NCBI GenBank assembly: GCA_051294375.1
Contig: CM119270.1
Span: forward strand, 19,665,741 to 19,729,729
Length of the DNA stretch: 63,989 bases
From: Paraspadella gotoi
Taxonomy: Eukaryota > Animalia > Chaetognatha
Reading direction: 5' to 3'
The notes under the pieces are model-generated. The model was not told where the DNA came from. It did no database searches and saw only the letters and a list, made by a program, of their open reading frames with translations. Each line of letters begins with the position of its first letter. Within the stretch, counting starts at the first letter, position 1. Made by a program: the position numbers and the translations under genes. This document shows, one piece after another, positions 56,585-63,989 of this stretch.

Positions 56585-56700
56585 CTATAAGCTGCCCTGG
56601 GGGCGTGGAAACCCCTTAAGCTTGGATCAAAGCCCAGGACCCGTTCCATGGCTGCCAGAGAGGGTTAAAGAAGTTGCGGATAGCACTCTTCAGCCCCACT
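56585..56700 (+). mobile_element. Unclassified GC-rich dispersed repeat, copy 3 (3' part only)
   Basis: CTGGGGGCGTGGAACCCCTTAAGC..CCAGGACCCGTTCCATGGCT..CTCTTCAGCC matches the reverse complement of 4135-4225. Confidence 0.55.
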
Positions 56701-56887
56701 TAGCGCCTTATCCACATAATATTCCTTTTATTTTTTTTATTTTTTCGAAAAGATTATTTTTTTCGTGTCAGTTAAATAGCTTGAAATTGACAGTAACTTT
56801 TTGAAATAAATTTTTAAAAATATTAAACATCAAACAATCAGTTTGGTCAATATCTGCGTCATTTTAGTTATTGTCAGCATTGCTTAG

Positions 56888-57495
56888 TAGTCGTCGTCAT
56901 CGTCGTATTTATCGTCGTCGTTATTGTCGTCGTCGTCTCCATCGTCGTCGTCGCCGTCGTCGTCGCCATTGTTGTTATCGTCGAAATTGTCTTCATCGCC
57001 ATCGTCGACTTCATCATCATCGTCGTTGTCAAGTTCGTCGTCGCCGTCGTCGTCGTCGTNNNNNNNNNNNNNNNNNNNNNNNNNNNNNNNNNNNNNNNNN
57101 NNNNNNNNNNNNNNNNNNNNNNNNNNNNNNNNNNNNNNNNNNNNNNNNNNNNNNNNNNNNNNNNNNNNNNNNNNNNNNNNNNNNNNNNNNNNNNNNNNNN
57201 NNNNNNNNNNNNNNNNNNNNNNNNNNNNNNNNNNNNNNNNNNNNNNNNNNNNNNNNNNNNNNNNNNNNNNNNNNNNNNNNNNNNNNNNNNNNNNNNNNNN
57301 NNNNNNNNNNNNNNNNNNNNNNNNNNNNNNNNNNNNNNNNNNNNNNNNNNNNNNNNNNNNNNNNNNNNNNNNNNNNNNNNNNNNNNNNNNNNNNNNNNNN
57401 ATCGTCGTCGTCGTCGTCATCGTCGTTGTTTCCATCGTCGTCGTCATCGTCGTTGTCTCGAGCGTCGTCGTCGTCGTCTTCGTCGTCGTCGTCGC
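56888..57495 (+). repeat. Degenerate (GTC)n tract spanning a gap
   Basis: Visible; similar tracts at 35560-35860, 39235-39297, 50025-50058, 55355-55500. Confidence 0.85.
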
Positions 57496-58601
57496 CCCTG
57501 CAATAACGACGCCGTTCCATGAGTCGGAATCGTGATTCAAAAAAAAAAAAATAAATAAAAGGAGAATAAAAAAGAAAGAAGGAAAAATAGAAGGAAAAAA
57601 AAGAAATAAAAAAATCAAAGGATGGAATCGACATCTTTGAGGCGACGCCGCTATTGACGGCGTCAGCGGCGTTGGCGGCGTTGGGGGCGTTGGCGGCGTT
57701 GGCGGCGGCGTCGTTGGGGATGACGGACGTGGACGTTTCAGAGTTACGATGTTTATTTTGGCGTCGTCAAAGGAGGAGCCAACCTCAACGAAGCCAATGG
57801 GGCAGCCAATAGTTATTGATGTCACATTGCTCATCAATAGTTTCAAAAAATTATTAACTTTGAAAAGAGTAAATGTTATTTGCCTCAATGATCGAGGGAA
57901 AAAAAGATAAAGATTGTGCAATAGTTAACTTCTAAACCCGTTGCCTCGTGGGTTCTGCAATATGCGGCGTTGTCGGAATCGGCGCCGTCAGAAACGATGG
58001 CGCCCCTTGCGGAGTTTGAGACGGGCGACGGAAAAAAACCGACAAAAGAGCAATCAACGACAAAAACGAGAAAAAAAAGAAAGTGAAGTGAGGAAAATAA
58101 ATGAAAGAAGGTGGAGGGGCGAGGGGGGAGAGAGGAAGGGGGGAAGTGAGGTAGGAAAGATGAGGAAAAGGGGACGAGAGGGAGAGAGAAAAAAAATTGA
58201 TACCTTAAATTAAGGTTAAATTAAATTAAGGCTTAATGTGTCGAGAGACGGGATTTGGCATCGAAGCCCGAAAATGATATTAGCATTTTTTGTTGTTGAT
58301 AAATTATAATCCTTGAATGAATAATAATTAAAAATAAGCTGTGAATGTGATTTAAACGTTTTGTATAAGTGAGATAAGTCTTTTATTTCATTTTCTTTCT
58401 TTCCTTTTTTTTATCTTTCCATTCTCCTTTTTTTATTCCTTCCATTTCCGGTCATTTTCTTTCCATTTATTTCCTCCTTTATTTTCCTTTCCTCCTTCCT
58501 CTTTACTTTTCTCCTTTTCCTCCCTTTCCTCCTTTACGAAAATCGAAGCCAAAGCGCTGGGACATAACGAGGTTGGAATCGCAAGAATCGGAGTGAGGAG
58601 A

Positions 58602-58639
<38 letters not shown>

Positions 58640-59082
58640 CGTCGGAGAGAGAGAAGAGACAGAGACGAGGAAGAGAGAGAAGAGCAGGGTGGGCTGGGAA
58701 TTCGAATAATCAATGTGGAGAGAAGAAGAGATAGAGGTTAGTCAAGAAGGAGAGAAAGAGAAGGAAATGAATGAGAGAGAGGGAGTGAAAAAAAGTGAGG
58801 GAGAGAGAGACACAGAGAGAGGGACAGATAAAAGGAAAATGAGAATCAGAGAGAACGAGTGAAAAGAATTAGTCAAAAAAGTTAGAGAAGAAGCGATTTG
58901 TCATCGGTTTGAATTAAAACAATAACAAAAATTTAAATAAACAAAGATTTTGATAAGTGAAATAATTTATACAGGAATCTGAAAAAAGAAGAGAAAAAAT
59001 ATAACGATAGCTGAATGACGTTGAAAGGGAAGAGGATTTCCGTTGCCAGGTTTTCTAGGATTTCCACCACACTGGTCCTAAT

Positions 59083-59172
<90 letters not shown>

Positions 59173-59491
59173 CTAGATGCCGAGGAGCACTGATCGAAAG
59201 CTTGGCACGATTTCAATAATCTTCTCTGTATATTAATTCTCGGCGGCGCGGGGCTTCGTCTAATTTGCATTGAACAAGTTGTAAATATACATACAAATAG
59301 CGGCGCTGTTTTGAATTACAGATAATGTCATTTATGGTAGACGAAGTGGCGAAGAGGGAGTGAGAGGGAGAAAATGAGAATTATAAAGGGCGTGAGATAG
59401 ACGGAGAAAGAGTAGTTCACTGTATCCGCTTAGTTCCTCTTTTTGCCCCCTACGTGTTTTAACTCGATACAGCAGTATCTTTTTCTTCTTT

Positions 59492-59560
59492 TCCTCCCTT
59501 TTGCTCCCTTCTGCTCCCTTCTGCTCCCTTCTGCTCCCTTCTGCTCCCTTCTGCTCCCTT
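59492..59560 (+). repeat. 10-bp tandem repeat (CTGCTCCCTT) x ~6
   Basis: Visible tandem array. Confidence 0.95.
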
Positions 59561-59691
59561 TTCCTCGCCTCCTCGCGAGTCAAGTCTCTTCATAATCCAA
59601 TTTTCAGGAAATTCCATCCACTTTGGTTGACGGTTATTCCCTCCTCTCGTCTCCCTTCCTACGACGAGGTATCTTGATCTCTTGGCTCGCA

Positions 59692-59759
<68 letters not shown>

Positions 59760-60542
59760 CTTTTTATCCGTGTTTAAATTAATCGTTCCGTCAATCCATT
59801 CATCCATACATGTATGTAAGTTAAAGTCATTTTTCTCGTCTATGACAGTTAAATTTAATTTTATATTCAAGATATATATTATATAATTTCTTGTATATTG
59901 TAGGGATCAAGATTATATATATTTAGTTTTATTTTTTGTCGTTTAAGCAATAAGCATTGTCACAATAATTTTTGGCGTTATTGTATCAATGTTCTAAACT
60001 AACAATTTATAAAACGTCACAAACAGAAGCCTGAAATCACGTGAGTGAGACGGACGAAAGTGAAGCAGGTGAGAAAATCTCGACGAAGTCTGAATATTAG
60101 CCACAAGAACCACCGAACATTGTTTACCATGCGGGATAATGAAGTTCAAGGTCACGAATTCGAGACTGAGGATAAACGTTTATGTTTTGGATTGCCGCTT
60201 GTCTTTTAACTCTTTTTATCTTTAGTCAATAATACATACATATAAAACATCCCATTCAAAACCCTACAACAACTCGGTCTACCCCTTCAACAAGCCACGA
60301 CCTCTTCCGTTAACCGCTCTCCCTTCTGGAACCTGCCCCCCCCCCCGTTTTCCAATTTGCTCCATCCCCTTTTCATCCCCCCCCTCGCTCCCGCTGCGGT
60401 TCTCCAGATTTTTTTTTTTTTTTTGTCTGGGATTTTTTCTTTTTTTTTTCGGGTCAGAGATTAGAGAAAAGCGAAAAAGAGGGAGATCTTAGGGATAGGG
60501 TTGTGGGGAAAAGAGGGTGGAGGAGAGAGAGAGAGAGAGAGA

Positions 60543-60575
<33 letters not shown>

Positions 60576-60739
60576 TGCTAATACTAGTGTGTTTGTGAAA
60601 AAACTGAGGCATAAAGAGTGAGGTCGTGAGTAAAGCGGCTGAAAAGACTGAGACGGTAAGTCTGAGAAAAACAGCGGGTGAGGTAAGGTCGACGACTCTC
60701 TCTCTCACTCTCTCTCTCGGTTTTTTTTCAAATCCGGAA

Positions 60740-60895
60740 ATGCGTCTGGTAGGGTTCGGCACCGGCAGAGGCAACGGCAACTGCGGAACAGGGGTAGCAG
60801 CGGCGGCGGCGGCGAGGCGGCGGCGAAAACGCTGGTTTATCCGTGGCGGCTCTGGGGCGGCGGCAGGGGGCAACGGCGGCCGGCGTCAGTGGCGG
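60740..60895 (+). CDS. Candidate first coding exon, Gly/Ala/Arg-rich (MRLVGFGTGRG...GGRRQWR)
   Basis: Very GC-rich island, ATG start, 52 open codons, donor CGG|gtaaga; strand not certain because a minus frame is also open. Confidence 0.35.
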
Positions 60896-61457
60896 GTAAG
60901 AATGGCTGCGATGAACTGTGTATCCAGAAATCCGAAGTCTTTATCCAAGAGACGACGGAGAAAAAGGGGGAAAAAAAGATATCAACCAAAAAATAAAAGA
61001 ATTGGCGGAGAAAGAGAAAAATAAAAATAAATAAAAAAAGAAATAAAAAGAAATAAAAAATAAAAGTAAATAAAAAGAGAAAAATAAAAAAAAATAAAAA
61101 GAAATAAAAATAGAAAAATAATTTTTTTACGCTTAGAAAATCAGATGAGTTAGAAAAAAAAATTAGATTCTTAAGGTTCAACTTACAGATGAACATATGA
61201 AACAGATGGACATTTAAAAAAAATTATATTATCACTCTAGGTAATTTATCTTTAAGAGATCCAGCGATATCTGAGGAACATTACTTTGATACACAATGTC
61301 CTAAAACTTATGTCATAAATAAACTTCTTAATCAAATTCTTTTAAAACAAACCATTAAGAGATTTCCGCCGAAGCCTCGACTCGTTGCGTTGACTCCATT
61401 TTGTCACGACGCTAAAAACGGACTTCACAAATCGCCTGATCCTTTTTCGCTTTATTG

Positions 61458-61513
<56 letters not shown>

Positions 61514-61996
61514 CACCCCAGGTTCGTTTGCATTTTCCATGAATGTTTGTGAACCTCACATTCTCTCCCGCTCTTCAATTGTTTCCCAGGATTTTTTTTC
61601 TCTTTCAACTTCTTTAGTTTCGTTCGATAATTCAAATAATATAAATAACAAAAATGTATTAAATTAAAATTATTATAAACAAGTTTGAGCCAACATTGTC
61701 GGATATGCGACGATAATTAAGCGGTAATAAGCTAATCCGATGATTGTTTGTGCCTCTGTCGTTTCGATCACGTTGGCTGACTTTAGTTCTTATTTAAATA
61801 ACGTTCAGTTTTTGGAACAGGTTGGCGAGTTTATTTGTCAACAAACAATTTGGCGACGATAAACGGAGATAAAATGTTTCATAAAAACGAGGTGTGAAAT
61901 TAATTCTTTAATTTCGAGGTTAAAATATATAAAAACGTGCGTATAAAATCAATAAAAATAAACCCCAACGGCGAGATGTTAAAAACGTTGAACGTT

Positions 61997-62242
61997 CTAG
62001 AGGCAACGACTTTCTCTCTCTAAAACATTGCTAAAGTTAAAAATAAGACGGATACCAATTGTCCCCCTTTTTCCCCCTTTCTTCGCGACTGAATCAGTTG
62101 TAAAACTTTTCCCTATTATTTGGGCTGTCTCGATCGCGATGTCGTCCGCCGGTGACTCCGCGGACGTTGAACTTTCATTCCGCGCGGGAACGCACTCGTC
62201 GGCCAACAATGATAAATCACGATAATTCTTTCTGACTTTCAA
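61997..62242 (-). CDS. Candidate exon of unknown function
   Basis: 81-codon non-repetitive ORF with raised GC (ADECVPARNESSTSAESPADDIAIETAQ..); no domain recognised. Confidence 0.25.
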   Translation of the reverse strand: MKVRKNYRDLSLLADECVPARNESSTSAESPADDIAIETAQIIGKSFTTDSVAKKGGKRGTIGIRLIFNFSNVLERESRCL

Positions 62243-62316
62243 TTTGTGATCTTAACAGATCATAACAAATCCTAACATAACAAATCATAACAGACTTCTT
62301 AATAAATATATGAAGC

Positions 62317-62412
62317 AATTTGGTAAACTGGCATAATTTGGTCAACTGGCATAATTTGGTCAACCGGCATAATTTGGTCAACCGGCATAATTTGGTCAAC
62401 TTGCATAATTTG
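62317..62412 (+). repeat. 18-bp minisatellite (AATTTGGTCAACYGGCAT) x 5
   Basis: Visible tandem array. Confidence 0.95.
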
Positions 62413-63230
62413 ATGCGAGTTAAAACAATTTGACAAGTTAAAAAAAAGATGTAAGTTAAAAAAATGATACGGGTCGAAAAAATGATGAAAGTTTTAAAAA
62501 TTATTTGTATCATTGTAACAGTTCAGTTTAATCCCTCGCAAGCGATTTACATGTATTGGCGCATGTACATTTTACATGGCCCTTTATTATTAGTATCATC
62601 CGACTGATTGTTTTCGTTTATTAGTTTTGTAATATTGACATTTATTGTTTTTTTTCTTCTTCCAACGAAGGAATCTACACGATCAATTTCTTGCGATGAT
62701 TTCTTTTATTATTAATAATCCATCTTATCATCGCAAATGGAATCGGAACAAAGAAAGGAATCGGATCCACGACTGAGGGCTCTCTCATTGGACGAATCAT
62801 CATCGAAGCGACCAATGAGGAGAGAGTTTTCCTGCCATCGGGAAATGAGCCCGTGTCGTTGATCCGATTGTATTGTATAAATACTGGAACAATGATATCC
62901 AAAACAAACAAAATAATAAAGCTTGTGATAAGTATTCTACAGTCGCGGAACGTCGCTTTATCTTGACTGTACCAACAGATAAAAATATAACGTTAAGTAT
63001 ATTAATTCACAACAATCAACTACAACCAAGATTCTGTAGTTTGAAACGACTTTGTTCCAATATAATCAATTATAATCAAATAAAAAAAGTTTTTTTTTTT
63101 GCAGACAACGAATTAATTTTTATTTTAAAAAAATGTACAATTTATTAGCCTACCTAAGCGCAAAATAAGTTGTGAAAACATGTTTTTCTCTCAATGCCAA
63201 ATCTGTTAAATTTTTTTCACGACTCATTTT

Positions 63231-63263
63231 GCGCTGATGAAGGCTAACAAATTAGCCGAAACA
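63231..63263 (+). ncRNA. Hammerhead ribozyme core, second sequence variant, 3'-truncated
   Basis: GCG-CUGAUGA-A-GGCUAA-CAAA-UUAGCC-GAAAC-A; stem II differs from the 23.5k family by compensatory pairs; no GUH or stem I 3' strand follows. Confidence 0.65.
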
Positions 63264-63503
63264 AAACAAAACCCAAATTTTTAATTGATTCTAATCAATT
63301 AGTAACTAGTATTTGAAGTAAAGAATATATTCTTTAAGAAAAATGGAGACCTGCAAGAAGATGGAACTTTTAATCCTGACGTCGTAATTCAGATTTTCCA
63401 ACTGCAAAGCAGCCATTTTTTCTTCCTTCCGCTTTACACCGACAAATCACGTCCGTTTGAGTAAGGCTTTTGTTGCTAACGTGATAGCGATTCACTATTC
63501 CCT

Positions 63504-63989
63504 TCAAATTTCTATGCGATGGAATAAGTCGCGTTCGAGGTAAGCATTAAAATCTGGCAAGCATTGGTCGTCGTTCGGAAAGACCAATGAGATAATCGTC
63601 GATGTCGTTTGAAGCAACAATTGCAAAACGACTCGAGGAAAGCTTGAATTATGTTCAAATTGAACAAATGATTTTCTTTTAAATTTAATAAACGAGCGGA
63701 TCAACGATCTCACTCATCAAATAAAATCGAGGGATAGAGGAATGGTCGCCAAACCAAAAGCGTGAAGAATCACGGTGAACGTTTTCGCCACGACGTACCC
63801 CAGATTCGGGCAAAATGGTCACCATGCTTGGCAAATTACGGCCAGACCGTATGTCATCGAGACGACGCTATGAGCCAGGAACACGGGCCAAGAGTAAACG
63901 GCCCAATAGTCCTGGTCATGTGATGATTTGACGAAAGGTGATCGGCGACTGCTTTGGCGTCCGTGGCCAAGTCCGCCGTCGCCAGAATA
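63504..63989 (-). CDS. 3' part of a multi-pass membrane protein, 7TM/GPCR-like, frameshifted and 5'-partial
   Basis: Frame-hopping translation: YWAVYSWPVFLAHSVVSMTYGLAVI / NLGYVVAKTFTVILHAFGLATIPLSL / VRSLIRSFIKFKRK..: two hydrophobic helices followed by an amphipathic basic helix. Confidence 0.4.

Noticed and set aside
56443-57535. Poly-His, poly-Asp, poly-Thr/Ser ORFs
   Set aside because: (ATG)n and (GTC)n microsatellites open in several frames; no splice or domain support.
57630-57830. Pro/Thr or Asn/Ala repeat exon on the minus strand
   Set aside because: Driven by a 9-bp GGCGGCGTT repeat; reading frame and splice sites could not be fixed.
48662-57921. Long ORFs (200-445 aa) spanning N runs
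   Set aside because: Length comes from gap characters.

Overview
AT-rich eukaryotic (probably invertebrate animal) genomic DNA from an unpolished, gap-filled draft assembly. It is dense in (CT/GA)n, (GTC)n and (ATTC)n microsatellites and several minisatellites. More than half of the window is present twice or three times (1.3-2.9k/10.5-12.0k; 7.1-10.4k/12.2-14.9k; 13.2-24.7k/27.7-37.1k+42.0-44.1k; 44.6-48.4k/50.7-54.4k), usually as one indel-noisy long-read copy and one cleaner gapped copy, so most of these duplications look like assembly artefacts. Almost all ORFs in the track are repeat or N-gap artefacts. Plausible coding content: a spliced minus-strand gene with signal peptide and N-terminal C-type lectin domain (possibly invertebrate contactin), a spliced plus-strand Pro-rich type II membrane protein, the 3' end of a 7TM-like gene at the right edge, and a few orphan exons. 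The most interesting non-coding signals are Penelope-type minimal hammerhead ribozymes arranged as divergent inverted pairs (23.5-23.9k, its copy at 42.9-43.3k, and an independent variant at 63.1-63.3k). The 23.5k pair appears to be inserted into a Helentron/HINE-like element. There is also a 2.6-kb TA-flanked element with ~1-kb terminal inverted repeats (4474-7038) and an unclassified GC-rich dispersed repeat in three copies. All alignments and translations were done by eye; boundaries in noisy regions are approximate.
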